Assembly: GCF_009914755.1 (NCBI RefSeq)
Contig: NC_060939.1
Reading direction: 5' to 3' (one strand)
Origin: the human T2T-CHM13v2.0 reference genome, Homo sapiens
DNA: 64,000 nt
Shown here: positions 21,640 through 35,509 of the stretch, piece after piece
Numbering within the stretch: the first letter of the stretch is position 1
How the letters are laid out: the number at the start of each line of letters is the position of its first letter
The notes under the pieces: model-generated
What the model saw: the letters and a program-made list of their open reading frames with translations, nothing else
Databases searched by the model: none
Told to the model about the DNA's origin: nothing
Program-made: the position numbers and the translations under genes

Positions 21640-22511
21640 AAACATGTTTACATCCTAATCTCCACAGCCTATAAATATACCTTACATGGTAAAAAGAGTC
21701 TCTGCAGATGTGATTAAGCATCTTTAAAGGCAGAGATTGTCCTAGATTATCCAGAGGGACCAGATGTAATCATAAAGGTTTTTATAAGAGGGAGGCAGGA
21801 GGGTCAGAGTGAGAGAAGCAATATGCCAATGGATGTAAAGGTGAGAGAGTCCCGGAGAGATTTGAAGATTCCATACTCCTGGCTGCAAAGATGAATGACA
21901 GGGCCACACACTAGGAATGCAGGTGGCCTTTAGAAGCTATAACTGGCAAGAAAATAGATTCTTTCCTAGAGCCTCCAGAAGGAATGCAGCTCTGCCAACG
22001 CCTTGATTTTACCCCAGTGTATTAGTCTGTTTTCACACTGCTATTAAAAACCACCTGAGACTGGGTAATTTATAAAGGATAGAGGTTTAATTGACTCACA
22101 GTCCAGCATGGCCGGGGAGGCTTCAGGAACTTACAATCATGGCAGAAGGCAAAGGGGAAGCAAGGCGCCTTCTTTACAAGGCGGCAGGAAGGAGAAGTGC
22201 TGAGTGAAGGGGGAAGAACCCCTTGTAAAACCATCAGATCTCATGAGAACTCCCTCGATATCATAAGAACCGCATGGGGGAAATAGCCCCTATGATTCAA
22301 TTATCTCCACTCATTCTCTCCCCTGACACGTGGGAATTATCGGGATTACAATTCAAGATGAGATTCTGGTGGGGACAAAAAGCCTAACCATATCACCCAG
22401 TGACAGCCATCTCAGACTTCTGACCTCCAAACCTGTGCAATAGTAGATTTGCATTGTGCTAAGTCACAAGACTTGTGGTAATCTGTCATAGTGGCATAGA
22501 AAACTAATACA
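21640..22511 (+). mobile_element. MLT1C/D LTR interrupted by a THE1 LTR
   Basis: ccttacatggtaaaa...gcagatgtgattaag; ctagagcctccagaaggaatgcagc; ends gaaaactaataca. Confidence 0.85.
22018..22395 (-). mobile_element. THE1(C/D)-like solo LTR
   Basis: tgtattagtc...aaccatatca termini; 5-bp TSD CCCAG at 22013-22017 and 22396-22400. Confidence 0.92.
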
Positions 22512-22761
22512 AGATAAAAGGTTTTAGAAAGCCCACAGGACATGTTACTACATTTCCTCTAAATCCCAGTGAACACTGGGTACTGCTATCTGACTCTCCT
22601 CTGAAAAGTCCAAGGGCTTGATACAGATCAGCTAACAGCTTTGACATCAGAGTGAAAAACTGGGAATTGGTCTGCATTCCAGAGCTGTTTAGAGACAAAG
22701 AATATGTGAGTGTGCCTTTCCTGCAAAGGACTGTCGAGGTCTTATTCATGAAGCCCACCTG

Positions 22762-22938
22762 CAGGGCCAACTTCATGGACATGGAACTTGTGCAGTTACA
22801 CAGGGAACTACATTCAAAAGGAATCTGTGCTTAATTTAATGTTCTGTTTTCCCTGGCTTGAAATTCTTAATCATTTCTGAGCAAGGGGCCCTGCAATTTT
22901 ATTTTGCCCTGGGTCTTGAAAATTATGTGGCCAATCAT
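22762..22938. mobile_element. MER91-like hAT DNA transposon remnant
   Basis: cagggccaacttcatgg...cttgaaattcttaat...gagcaaggggccctgca...ttttgccctggg. Confidence 0.55.
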
Positions 22939-25900
22939 GGTCACCCAAAAGGGCAAGAGACCAGCAAAGGGATGCTGACAAAATGATAAAAGTCTTGCGG
23001 TTAGTAGAGAAGCAAGTGAAGAGCTAGATTAGACATGCTACTGCCCAGGTCAAGGCTACAGATCCCAGTTACACCAAGATACTGGTTGGGCAACCTCCAA
23101 AACATCTATAAGAGCAAGTAAGAACTTTAAGTCCCCTTCCCTCTCCTATGTAGTAGGTATATGTTCATCATCATAGCAAGCTTGGTGGGAGGGAAGAGCA
23201 GATGTGCTCCATGTGGAAAGAGATAAATAAACAAAGCCTCCTTCCTCAGTTACTGCTTTTCTGCCTATAGTACACCTCAGCTGCCAGAGGGTTGAATACT
23301 CAACTCTATACCAAGTTCAGAGTTTTGACTACTGCATGATATCAGGTTTCTTGATTATTGAACTGGAACATTGATCTGTGACTGGAAGCAACCAGAAAAT
23401 GTCATGGGATTTCCAAGTTTCCATTTGGAGGAAGAATTAGTCCCGTGGAAAAGATAAATAAATTTAAAGAACAATGGGAGACCAAACAATCTATGGACGA
23501 GCACTTGTTCAGCCAATGATTATATCATCAGGTCAAAGTCAGGCAGTCAGAGGTAAAAACTCTCACTGACAGTTTGACAGACCTTGTGCGTGTAGAAAAA
23601 CACTCAGTATTGCCTTTAAAAACCAACCAGAGTATCAATAATATAAAGGGGGAAAACTTCCAATATACTATTTTCAATAGGAAAAAATCCATGGTAAAAA
23701 CTTGTATACATGTATAGAATTATTATGCGTCAATTAAAAACAAAGGAAAAAAAAGAAAAGATAACAAACAAAAATAAATTTCCAAGTGTACTCTTTTTGG
23801 TTGGAGGAAGGAAAAAAAACTTGAGCCTCCATTATAAATGGAAATAAATGTAATACATCTCCCCTCAGACATCTAATCTGAATGCATAGCATAGACAAGC
23901 ACGGGGATAAGGAGAGGACTCCTTCTTTATATCCATCCTTCACTGCCCCTGAGTTATCTTTCTCAAAGACAATGATTTTACCACTCTTTTCTTAGAAGTC
24001 TCAAATGCCTCTTCAGGAGCTTTCAAGGTGAAACCTAAAGTCTGCAGCACACACACGTGGTGCTCCTCAGCCAACATAGCTGTTTCTTCCCCACCATGCC
24101 ATGCCACATACACTCTTAGAGCTGTTTCCCAGACTTCAGCCACTCACACACCACCTTCACGGTGTTGGCTACATTCACGTTCTCCCAGAATTGCTATCAA
24201 CTTAATATTTTTCTATAAATCAAGCAATGGTTTTACTTAAAATTATCCTCATGCTAAGCAATGTCTTTTAGTCAAGTTTTAATGTGCTACTTTCAATTTT
24301 ACTAAATATTTGACTATTACTCTTGAAATTAACTTTTTAAAATTAAAAAGTTGATCTCTGTGTCATGTTATACCACTAGTTGTTCATGTAACACACATTG
24401 GTATGCACTGCTCTAGACAGAAACGACAGTGACTTCTTTATTGTACACTGAGCATACTGTGCCTTTGAACCTGTTGGTTTCCTCCTCTTACCGTGCCCTT
24501 TGCATTATCTGGTAAAGTTATTCCCTTCCTTTAGGATTAACTTAACCCAAAGTTGCCTTCTCATGGAAGCTTCCCCAAATCACTTAAAGCTTGATGTTTC
24601 TTCTCTGTATTCCAAAGCACTTTCTACCTTTCTTCAGTATGACATTTATCACATTGTAAGGCCATACTGTGTACATGTCTGTCTCCCTTATGAAACTGAG
24701 TAGTCATCCATGAGTTATCCCATTATCTAGGTCAGTACATAATAGATGCTCAATAAAAATATTTGTTAAACAAAAGAATGATAGGTATGTAGCCAAAGCT
24801 AAGTTAATGATGTCATTTATAGCATGACTATCTCAGCACAATATTACTTTGGTTAAACAAAAGATGCCCCAAAGTCTCAATGTATGGAAGATTCTCTACA
24901 ATTATCAAATAAGACTAAAAAAAATTAAATGATTATGTTTTCTATATATGGCAGAAAGAACACAGAGCTGGAAGACTTGAGAAAAGAGTATAAAGTTACA
25001 TTGGAAGTCAGTGTAAATTTTTTATAAGACTTTGCATGTAAGTTCTTCCGGTTATTCTTTTTTAGGAATCCTCCATTTAATTATCACTAACTAATTGCAA
25101 ATTTTAAAGATAAAAGGGAAGCAAATTTAAAATAAAGCAAAGGGTGATTAAAGCAGCAACCAAGCATTGGTTACCTCTGATGAAATGACCTCATCAAAAA
25201 CAAATTTAAAAAAAGTTACTAATATGAAGCATACATAAATAACTGCTCCATAGTAGCATCTCCATGTTATAATCGAGAAAATTCCCTTTTCCTGTTGCAC
25301 TTTTCCAGCCTTCCAGAAGAATGAGTCAGAAAATGTTCTGGGTACAGTCATACACATGGGAGATTTTTTAATGTTGCCTTTTAATCCCAGCAAGATAGTT
25401 ATTCCCTCTTGTCCTTATTTTTCTTATATTTTTTATTTTGAATACTGATTTATAAAGGGTCAAAATATAAGTTTTTTATATTTTGCTTATACTGAAAATG
25501 ATAATGTTTATAAGATAAAATCTTTGAATGCTTTTATAGGGATGAGGTCTCTCAGCAACTCCACAGAATGGGGCAAAGCATGGCACCGAAAAGTTAACAA
25601 GGCAAAAACAGCTGCTCTAAAGCTGCGCTGGGTGTTAATCAAACCATCTCCCAAATAGCAGGAAGGCTTATATCAAACACCTTAATTTGCCCCCAATGCC
25701 CTGTTTTTACCTTGATTTAACAATTCCCAGTGATAGCAATCTGTTGTCCTCATCCCACACAAGGCCTCAAGCTTGGGGTTCTGCTGCTCATACCAGCTTG
25801 CCTTCGGTAGCCTCTCAAGGAGAAAAGCTCCCCAGGAAGGAGATCGAGCTTTATTTTTATCCCAGTTAAAGTCCCTGTCCAATCCATTAACAGCTTCGAT

Positions 25901-26744
25901 AACCTTGGTCCAGGGCATTTCCTGCAGAAGCTATAACCAGCTGGGGTTAATGAACTCTCCCTACCATTAATTCCTGGGAGAGGCCATTGGCCTGAATTGT
26001 TACTTAATTACTCTTCTGTGTACAGCTTCATAAAGCAATGAAATGCCTTCTTTCAGGAAGAAGGGAGATGGTAATGGGGGTCATCAGAGGCCATTAATTT
26101 TACAAATAGTTTATTGGAAACTACAGTATGTTAAGAAGTCACTCTGGCTCACAAATCAACTCAATGTGGTCCTTACTAAGTAGAGATCCAAAACTTCCCA
26201 AGTTTCCGTGACTTGCATACACAAAAAGTTACAATGGTACAGAATCTTATCAAAGGTATATAGCTTCAGGTATGCAGAACTATATTCTTTAGATTCTGCA
26301 ACTGATCATACCTTCCCCTCCAGCTCTTGTTCCTAAAGTTGGCAGAAAAGACTCAATAAAGCCAGTTTGAGACATCATAAAATTTTCCAATTTAAAATTC
26401 TCTTTCAGGTAATTTCTCAGTCTTTTAAGGAGATTCTCCCTCTCCAGAGTGCTGCTCTTTCCTAAGATGGTGGCAGGTACAAGGAAGAGCTAGGTACCCA
26501 GGAAGCATCACAGGAAAAGCTTTGGGTTTTCATGCCTTCCCTTCATGCTCCTAGATCTGCTGGACTCTGTGTCCATCTCAGCACAACTGGAGGGCTTCTC
26601 TTGTCCACCAAGCTTCTTACCACATCTACACCCCACTTAACGGGTCTGAGAATGCTCAGTCGCTTCTTCTGCGCCACCCTAATTATACTTGCAACAACCT
26701 CCTCACTCTTACCTCCTTCACCTGTTTATGTTTCCTCATGGCAG

Positions 26745-27280
26745 TGTTACCAAGCAAAAGAGTGTCACTGCCCAATGTGCTGGAAGCCAATACTATGACA
26801 CAAGGTTTGTGAGAAAAAAAAGGCTTTTTACTGTAGGTCTACTAACAAGGACACAGGAATCCAACTCAAATCTGTCTCTCTGTGCTGGCTCTCAGGCAGT
26901 ACTTTTATTAGAAAAGGTTTAGGGAGTGGATTCTGGAATTAGCAAATGACTGGTAGAAGAAAAGGGGAGGTCTGGAAAGTCCTCAGGCATGCACGATTAT
27001 CTCTTCATGCCTCCTTATGGGTCCCATGTGCAAATTCAGGGGAAATTAGTATAAAACATGCAGTGGAAATTCAAGCTGTGACATCAGTAAGCTTGTTCTG
27101 CACAGACTCCAGTTGGCCTTATTGGTTCCAACCAATTTCAGCTAGGTTTTTTGTTTTGAAATCTCTCAAATAGAGGGAGTTTCAGCATTTCAGCAAGTTG
27201 TTTATTTTCTTATCTGCTATTCTGCAAGCTCAAGAATTTGTTAGTCACTGGTTTCTTTAACTCTTTGGGGTAAAATTTCA
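26745..27280 (-). mobile_element. ERV1-class solo LTR (MER67-like)
   Basis: tgttac...tttca termini; 4-bp TSD GCAG at 26741-26744 and 27281-27284. Confidence 0.8.
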
Positions 27281-27352
27281 GCAGTCTCCTCTTTTATCAT
27301 ATCAAGTAAAAATAATTTTATTTATTGTATTGATTGTGTTACCAGTCCCCCC

Positions 27353-27368
27353 TACACACACGCGCGTG

Positions 27369-27412
<44 letters not shown>
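27353..27412. repeat. Compound (CA)n(CG)n(CA)n microsatellite within an L2 3' fragment
   Basis: tacacacacgcgcgtgcgcgcgcacaca...; L2 end tgtttgttgaatgaatga at about 27546. Confidence 0.9.
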
Positions 27413-27413
<1 letters not shown>

Positions 27414-27779
27414 CTTAGAATATAAACTTCATGAGGTCAAGGGCTTTTGGCTGCTTTGTTCATTCTTTCCCTCCAGTGCTTAGAACAGAGCCTAGAAGAT
27501 ACACATCGTGTTCATTCAGTGTTTCACTGTTTGTTGAATGAATGAGTAGTTAGTTGGCTACATGATGAAATTAGACTGCTGGCCAAAAGACCTAGACTTT
27601 CCATTTTAGTCACACTGAGGCAGGAAGAGAGCTTTATCTGCCAGAGAAATAAAAGATAGAGGTTGCCCCTTCAAACAGCCCAGAAATCAAATCCATTGAA
27701 CCTACTGCTATCCAGGGAAGACTTGGCCATGAAATCCACACACTTATCTAGGCTCTGGACTCTACACAAATGATGAGAA

Positions 27780-27948
27780 ACCATTGCCACCCACCCCACT
27801 ATGACATGTTGCCCCGCCCATCCTATGTCATGACCTCTCAGAATGTTCTGAGATTCTATTGGATAGTTCCAGTGGAGAAAGATTAGACTCCTCAGAAGCT
27901 AATTGACTAGGGAAGGATCAGGAAGACAAGACACATCAAAAAGGGGAG
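27780..27948 (+). promoter_or_regulatory. Candidate TMCO5A proximal promoter and first non-coding exon
   Basis: GC box GCCCCGCCC (27811-27819), TGACA/TGTCATGACC half-CRE-like motifs (27802-27835), inverted CCAAT (27858-27862), donor GAG|gtagag at 27948. Confidence 0.45.
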
Positions 27949-28510
27949 GTAGAGTTTGTAGAAGAAATAAAGGGGAAAAAAAGAAACTAAGGGGAAGGGA
28001 GAGACAAATGATTTACATATACTTGGTTTTCTGAGCCCTCTTTAATACTAAAGATCTTAATATCTGGAAATTCTGGCATAAGCAAAGATAGAGAGCAAAG
28101 ATTATTTTTCAGGGATATTGTAAACCTACATCCATGCCCATGGGGCTTTATGGAAAGCAACTGGCCTAGAGCAAAAAGAGACTTATTGATTATCTCTATT
28201 TCTTTATATTGTCTTGTATAAACTTCCACAGGGTTTTATGTTGATAAACCATCTCTGACTATATCTATTAATAGGACGTATATTCCAGCATTATCTCTGT
28301 ATCCTGACTGTATCTTTAATAGGGTATAATCAGAACACGGGCAGAAGAATCAAAAGGCTGAGTTTTGTCATGGTTAAAATGTGGGGATTAGAGGGAGAAA
28401 ATGAGTTAACTTAATTTGATTTCTACTTTTTGGGACTCTTCCCTAGTTACTGTATTCATAAATGAACCCATTTCTCCAATTCATTAGATACATCTCTGTT
28501 GGCATTTTAG

Positions 28511-28602
28511 GGAATCTACAATGGAAGGACACAAGAAAGATCAGCTGGATTAAGTAGTCATGATTATGCAAAGCCATATCCAGAGACCAAGGTGTAAAGC
28601 AG
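28511..28602 (+). other. TMCO5A: Putative TMCO5A 5' UTR exon carrying uORF MEGHKKDQLD* (28521-28553)
   Basis: ctctgttggcattttag| acceptor and strong-Kozak acaATGG. The donor is uncertain (28553, 28591 or 28602). Confidence 0.6.
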
Positions 28603-29559
28603 GTTCGCTATTGACCCCTTGCCTCATCTTCCAGCCTCCTTCTCCCCTTCTACTCCTGTTATGCAACCACCTCCGCACCCTACCCCAAGCATGCCATACC
28701 TTCCTGAAGTGATTACTGTAAATCCCCCATCCAAGCAAGCCCTTCCAAGATAGGACTTAACTTTCCAATATTATCCTTCATTCCTATCTAAAACAAAAGC
28801 CTCTGTGCCTCACTGTGCTAATAGTGGTTAATCAACTGAAACACAAACCAATGAATTAATTTACATTAGTAGAAAAAGAAAAATATATCAAGAGCCTCCC
28901 ATGTACCCTTCCCAAAATACTCTAGAGTTACCATTATTTCATTTAAATTTACTTCAAAAAAGATATTTGCATTTTTGAAAGCTATGCCTAGAGCCTATGT
29001 GGGTGTGCTCAATGGAATTACTCTCATGGTAAAAATTTCAAACTTTGTAGCAGGCAAGTGAGGGAGAGGTGTTGAGGTGGGAGAAGGAAGGGAAAGATTG
29101 AAGCCCTATCATGCTGGTGGAAACCCCTTGTGGCTCTGCAGAAAGCCAGGCCCAACCAGAAGTGATATGCCAGGTGCTTAGATAAAAGTGTTCAATAAAT
29201 GTGTATTGTATGAGCAGGTTTTGTGAATAGTTTATCTAAGAAAAGATTGCCAAGAGAAACATTTCTCCTCAGCGCAAGGGGTTATTTAAGGAAGCAAAGC
29301 TTCTCAAGAAACCAGAGTGAAGGTGCACTGTTAGATTGAGCACTTTGGAGGAGAAAGCCTGGGAAAGACCCTTGCTGACTGAGCTGCGAATTATCGAAAC
29401 AGTTGTAGAGCATGATCAAGAAATGTAATTTTTCAAGAATGAAAATGGTATGCCCCCAGAGAGAGTAAGGTTAATAAACTAGATGTGTTCTAAATACCCT
29501 TTTTGGCCTGATGATTATTGATCTTGAGATAACTGGCCCTTGTTCATTTTGGGGGCTGA

Positions 29560-29718
<159 letters not shown>

Positions 29719-30032
29719 TGAGTATTAAGGTTTCATGAGGGAAGTTCCCAATCCAAAGAAGGGGTGGAGGACCAAAACCAAAACTGAATTTTCCTGCTTG
29801 TTCTAGAGACTTCTACCTTGTGTGGCAAAAAGTTAATTTTTCATTCTTTGACATTTCTCTTGAACACTGAAGCATAGCAAGTTTCAAATAGATTCCTAAA
29901 AGATGGAGTTGAGAGAACACTGGGGTGTTTGGCTTAGGAATCAGGCAGGTCTTCCTGCTTTATGGATTCAGTAAGGAAGAGTTTTCAGCTTGAGATTCAT
30001 GTACACTGTCCCTGAAGTTCCCTTATATCTGA

Positions 30033-30251
<219 letters not shown>

Positions 30252-30599
30252 TAATAGGTTGCATTCCTCATTCCATCCTTCATCAATTATCAGATAAGCT
30301 TGTCTCTCCTTTTTATACATGAACAGTAGCCATCTCAAAAGTCATGATAAAATTTGTCCATGCGTGGAAGGGGATGTGTCTGGCTTCTTGGGCAATGTTT
30401 AATCATTGGGAAGCCCTGCAGATGGGCATCTATATCCCTGTATTTCACCTGTGGTTTGATTTCAATATACACATGACATTATGCAAATAAGGTCAAGTTA
30501 CTGCAGGAAAATATAGCTGGGGTGAAATGGACAGCAATCAACTGAATAAGAACAGATGGAGTACAGAGGCAGATTTACACTGTTATTTCTCTCTCACAG

Positions 30600-30650
30600 G
30601 AAAGGAAGAATAAGACGTTGGTCCACAGTATAACAGAACTTCAACAAAAG
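30600..30650 (+). CDS. TMCO5A: TMCO5A coding exon 3 (ERKNKTLVHSITELQQK)
   Basis: ctctctcacag| ... AAG|gtgagg, 51 nt, phase 0-0. Confidence 0.95.
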
Positions 30651-31411
30651 GTGAGGTAGGGTACTTGTGTTCTCCAGTGCCCCCACAACAGCCCCATTCA
30701 TCAAAGGGGCAAGGTTTGGGGGAAGTGATCATAGAGGAACCCATAAGTCAGAGAGGCCTGTATGTGGAGTGCATATTACTCTCTAATCCACTCTCCTGAG
30801 GCCAAGGTTCATGACCTAAATGTTAGGGATTTTCTCTGTAGGCAAGAGGGAAAAGGAATGGATGGAATATTTAGTAATCTCATGGGTTCTTCATTCTATC
30901 ACCAGAAAATGGATTCCAACAGATACTCTGTTGAAGTCATTGACTGGAACCTTTGCAGTGAGAGGTTAATTTTACTTTCAACAGAGACCTTTTAAACAAC
31001 AACAAAAATAATTAACTTAATCCCCAAGGATTTCCTTTTTCTTGTCTAGCCATTTCCAATGCCTCAATACCTCCTCAGAATACAGTGGGCTTCCAATGAC
31101 TACCCTACTCTCTGACCCATGAGTATAAAGTAGCCTTCTACTGTAGGGGGCTGTATCCCTGAGTAACCCAGTGCGAATTAGGGGTTCAGGAAAGTACTCC
31201 TGCTTTGAGTGGACTCTAGCATCAGTGGCCAAGACTAGTGAGAAGAAGACAGAGGTAGAACAAAGATGTTTCCACAGGTCACCAAATATCTACCAAAGGA
31301 CCATATCCTGGAAAGGTTTATAAAGGCCATAGTTACTAATCTCCACACACCAGAGAAAGTCTTTGCCTTCTACACCTTTTAATTTAGTATATTTTTTATT
31401 TGAAACTATAG

Positions 31412-31522
<111 letters not shown>

Positions 31523-32255
31523 TAACCAGGAAACAAGCTGTTAAGTTGGAAATCAATGTCAACGTTGTGACAAATTCTTGGTAGTTTTCCTCCATGTCAA
31601 GCTTAAGCTTGAACCACTGAGTGCTGAATTCTTCTCTGCCCTTAGGTAAGGAATGTCACTTTTTAGTCTTATTTATTGTTCTCTCTTCTGTTAGGAAGAG
31701 CAGGGCACAAATGCATATGTAAAATTTGGGGCAGTTAAAGTCCCCAGTTTAAAGCCACAGAAAATAATTTGGTGTGTGAAGTTGGGTAATTTAATTACTG
31801 CCTCTCAGCCTCAGTTTCAAGATTAAATGAAATTGTGTATAAAAAATATTGTCTCCTTTTCTGGATGGCTGCAACTTCAAAAAGTTGTGTGAGTTTTACA
31901 TTATTATTTAAAATTCTTGCTGAGGTGCATGTATGAATTCATAGAGGCAGAACTAGGATTTGTAAGTCTACTGAGTGCTCGGCAATTTATGTACCCTGTC
32001 CTGGATTCCAATCTAGAAAAGGGTTCAATTAGTCACTCAAGTATTTAGTATGACCACTACCTGCTAAGCACATCATACTCTGCTTGGCATGTCTCTAATT
32101 GTGTTCCAGAGCTAAGAACCTGAGACCAACCACAACCTATCTGATGAGAGAGAGAGAGAAATTTCTTGTGTATACTCATGGGGTACAAGTGCCATTTTGC
32201 CAACACTGACATACTGTGTTGCAGAGACTTTATTTTTCTTCAGAGAGCAGATAAA

Positions 32256-32366
32256 TTTTTTTATTATTATACTTTAAGTTCTAGGGTACATGTGCACAAC
32301 GTGCAGGTTTGTTACATAGGTATACATGTGCCATGTTGGTGTGCTGCACCCATTAACTCGTCATTT
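32256..32366 (-). mobile_element. Very short L1PA (L1PA3-5-like) 3' end in a TMCO5A intron
   Basis: ttattattatactttaagttctagggtacatgtgcacaacgtgcagg...cattaactcgtcattt. Confidence 0.9.
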
Positions 32367-33239
32367 GATTTTTTTGACACCTTCTCTAGAATTACATCTT
32401 TGTCCTTGCCTTATCTAACTTCTCTCTACCCTCCAAAGCCTGCACTTGGTTGTGTGTATGAAGCCTCTGAAAATTTGGATACATAGAAAATAGAAATAGA
32501 AAATGAAAGTATGGAGAATTACTCCCCTATCTTCTGCTGGCCAATTTAGTTTTGATGACCACAAAAATAGGAAGTCTAAAGCCACCAAATAAGCTTGCTT
32601 GGCTGTGCTAATTCAGGTAAGTTATCTGGAAAGAGAGAAATCAGGAAGAAATTGGAGCCAAAATTAGGAAGAGCTATAAAGACCCCTGACTGAACCTGCC
32701 ATCTGATTGCAGTGGTCAGGACACTGATTTTCTTCCAAGATCACCTCTTTTTCCCAGAAAATAAGACCAGCCAGAATTGAGTGGTGACACTTTCAGTCTG
32801 GCTGCACTCACATTGTCAGATGACAGAGAACAAAGTCTAGTCTTAGTCAGAATAATGGCCATTATTTTGCTGGCTAGCCCTAAAGAGTTCAAGAATATTG
32901 TTTAATCCTTTGAACCACTCTTTGCCCACCTATTTTAATGAATTATCAGGTGATATCTCTAATTCTGTGAATGTACAGAATCTCTTTTGCTTCTGTTCCT
33001 CTGGCATGCTAGTAATCAGTGCAGCAGCTTAATGGGGTGCCTAATTCAACCCTTTGTGACTCACACCATTGGCTTGAAACTATATATCCCTTAGCACATT
33101 TGGCTAACTGGTCCTGGATGTAACTGACTGAAGAGTGAACCAACTCTCAGAAGAATCTGGATGTGAAATAATGGCACCTAGATCAAAGTGGGAACAGCAG
33201 AGCTGAAAAGGGAAGGAAGAATGGTCATGTCTGCTCTTC

Positions 33240-34015
33240 TACAAAATTATCTCCCAAATGCATCCATTCCTCTCTACCACTTCTGTTACTACTATCCTTT
33301 TGCAAGCCACCATAACCCCTTACCTGGACAACAGGAGTCACCACTCAACCAGTCTCCCTGCTTCTACTCTCACTCCCAAACAATTCTTTTTTCCAGACAC
33401 AGAAAAGGCTATTCTCTAAAAACACAAATCAGATTGTGTCTTTAGACTTCAAGCCTCTCCTGCCTTCTCACTGCAATTAGAAGAACCGAAATCCTTTTAG
33501 AAGCCACAAGGCCCTGCACAATCTAGCCCCTGTCTACCTTATCCCACCCTGTCTCGGCCCTACCTACCAATTTCCCTTATGCTCTGGCCACACAACTCCC
33601 TCATATAAGCCAAATCTGTGATAACCTCATGGTCTTGGCCCTTGCCATACCCTTCACAGAGAACATATTTCTTCCAAATCTCCATTTAGCTAGCATTTAT
33701 CATTTAGACTTTAGCTCAAGTATCATCACATCAGGGAGGCCTTTGCCAACCACCTACCACCTCCTCTCACACCACCACTACCATCACTATCTTTAAACAT
33801 TAATTTTTTTTCCTTCATAGCACATACCATTATCATGTAGATGTATTTGTTGTGTCTCCCTACCAGAATGCCAGCTCTGCAAGGGTGGAAAGCTGGTCCA
33901 TCCTGTCTACTACTGTATCCTAAGTACTACCCCCTGCCACCTGATACACACATGCTTCACTCCAGCATAGCAGCTGATATAGAATGGTCTTTTGCCAAGT
34001 ATTGAAGGAAATAAA
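33240..34015 (+). mobile_element. L2 LINE fragment
   Basis: caagccaccata...cctggac...; acaaggccctgcacaatctagccc; ccttcatagcac; ccagaatgccagctc. Confidence 0.75.
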
Positions 34016-34401
34016 AGGGTGAGCAAGGCATACAGGGAGGGAGAAAGGAGTGAACAAACACCTTAGAGTCTGACTGACTATATTAAAAGGAAAAGGAAGA
34101 GTGAAGTTTTTCAAAACTGGTATTATTTTTAAGAGAAATGGCTAAGTAAGAGTAGGAAGCTCAGAATTGAAGTTTAGGGGTGAAGCTAGCACCAGATGAA
34201 GACTAAAAGGTAAGGAATATAAAAGAGCAAGTTTACCAAGCAGCTGCAAACGGTGCTGGGTGGCTTAATTCCTCTATCAGGAGACGTGTGAAGTCATGGC
34301 CCTGAGGCTCCTCACAGCTCGTGAGGCCACCTTGGTGACAGCATTCCATTCCTGCACAGCTTTTACCTTGCCAAGTTAGCAGTCTCTTTTGCTTTCTTTA
34401 G

Positions 34402-34458
34402 GTTAAGTTACAACAGCTGGAAGCTTCCTATGCATGCCAAGAGAAGGAGCTGCTCAAG
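34402..34458 (+). CDS. TMCO5A: TMCO5A coding exon 5 (VKLQQLEASYACQEKELLK)
   Basis: ctttctttag| ... AAG|gtaaca, 57 nt, phase 0-0. Confidence 0.94.
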
Positions 34459-34923
34459 GTAACAGCAGGAACTTCAATGTGACTTCTCCCCAAAAAGGGA
34501 AATGTGATCTTTGGTCAGGCAATCTATTTCTCAAGTGATTGATTTACATTAAGGTTCCAGATCCAAGACCATGATGGGGCTAGGGAGGGGTAAAGAAAAG
34601 GAAGATAAGCACAATCCCTGAGGTTGCTTTCTCTTCAAACATTTTTTTACAGAATACACTCTACAGTTTGTATCTCGCAAATATTAGTTATCTATCTATT
34701 CCTCTCCCAACTGCCCCCAAATTCCACCTTTGACCAATAACTCCCATTTAGCTTTTTTACCCTAAAAAAAGGAAATACATTTATCTGTACAGCAAAAAAG
34801 AAAACATATTTAGAACAATTAGAAAACCACATTTAGGACCTGGGACCCAAGAGAAAACAAGTATGCTTGTGTTCTTATAGCAATTTACCGAAATATATTT
34901 ACAACTAAATTTTGATTTCCCAG

Positions 34924-34983
34924 GTAATGAAGGAGTATGCATTTGTGACCCAGCTCTGTGAAGATCAAGCCCTCTACATAAAG
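34924..34983 (+). CDS. TMCO5A: TMCO5A coding exon 6 (VMKEYAFVTQLCEDQALYIK)
   Basis: tttcccag| ... AAG|gtagag, 60 nt, phase 0-0; LCEDQA motif recalled from the TMCO5 family. Confidence 0.94.
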
Positions 34984-35368
34984 GTAGAGCTTCTTGGTAA
35001 AGGGATAGCAAAGGGTTTATTAAGGTACAGGATGAAATAGAACAAGGATTTTCAAAGACTACTGTCCAGAGCAATTTCAACAGTTCAAGGTGGCACTACT
35101 AGGATACTTTAAGGTCATCAGCACCCCACCTCACTATCAATATCACTCTATTTGTCTTTGTCTCCCTGGGAATTCCTGCCCTGCTCTCCCACTCTCTGTG
35201 CTGTTAAGTTAATAATTCACACTTCTGCTATTTATAATGTCAATGATGCCCAGAAACCTGTCCAGTGGTAAGGCATAGTGAGAGATCAAGAGTAGTAGGG
35301 GGGTGAGTTTTATGAAAGCAGAGAAAGTGGCAGTGGGAATACCAAGCATTCATGGTATCATGTAATAA

Positions 35369-35509
<141 letters not shown>

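Noticed and set aside
26395-26420. ttctctttcAG|GTAATT as a recursive splice site
   Set aside because: A good motif, but there is no evidence from sequence alone that this interval is intronic in a real transcript.
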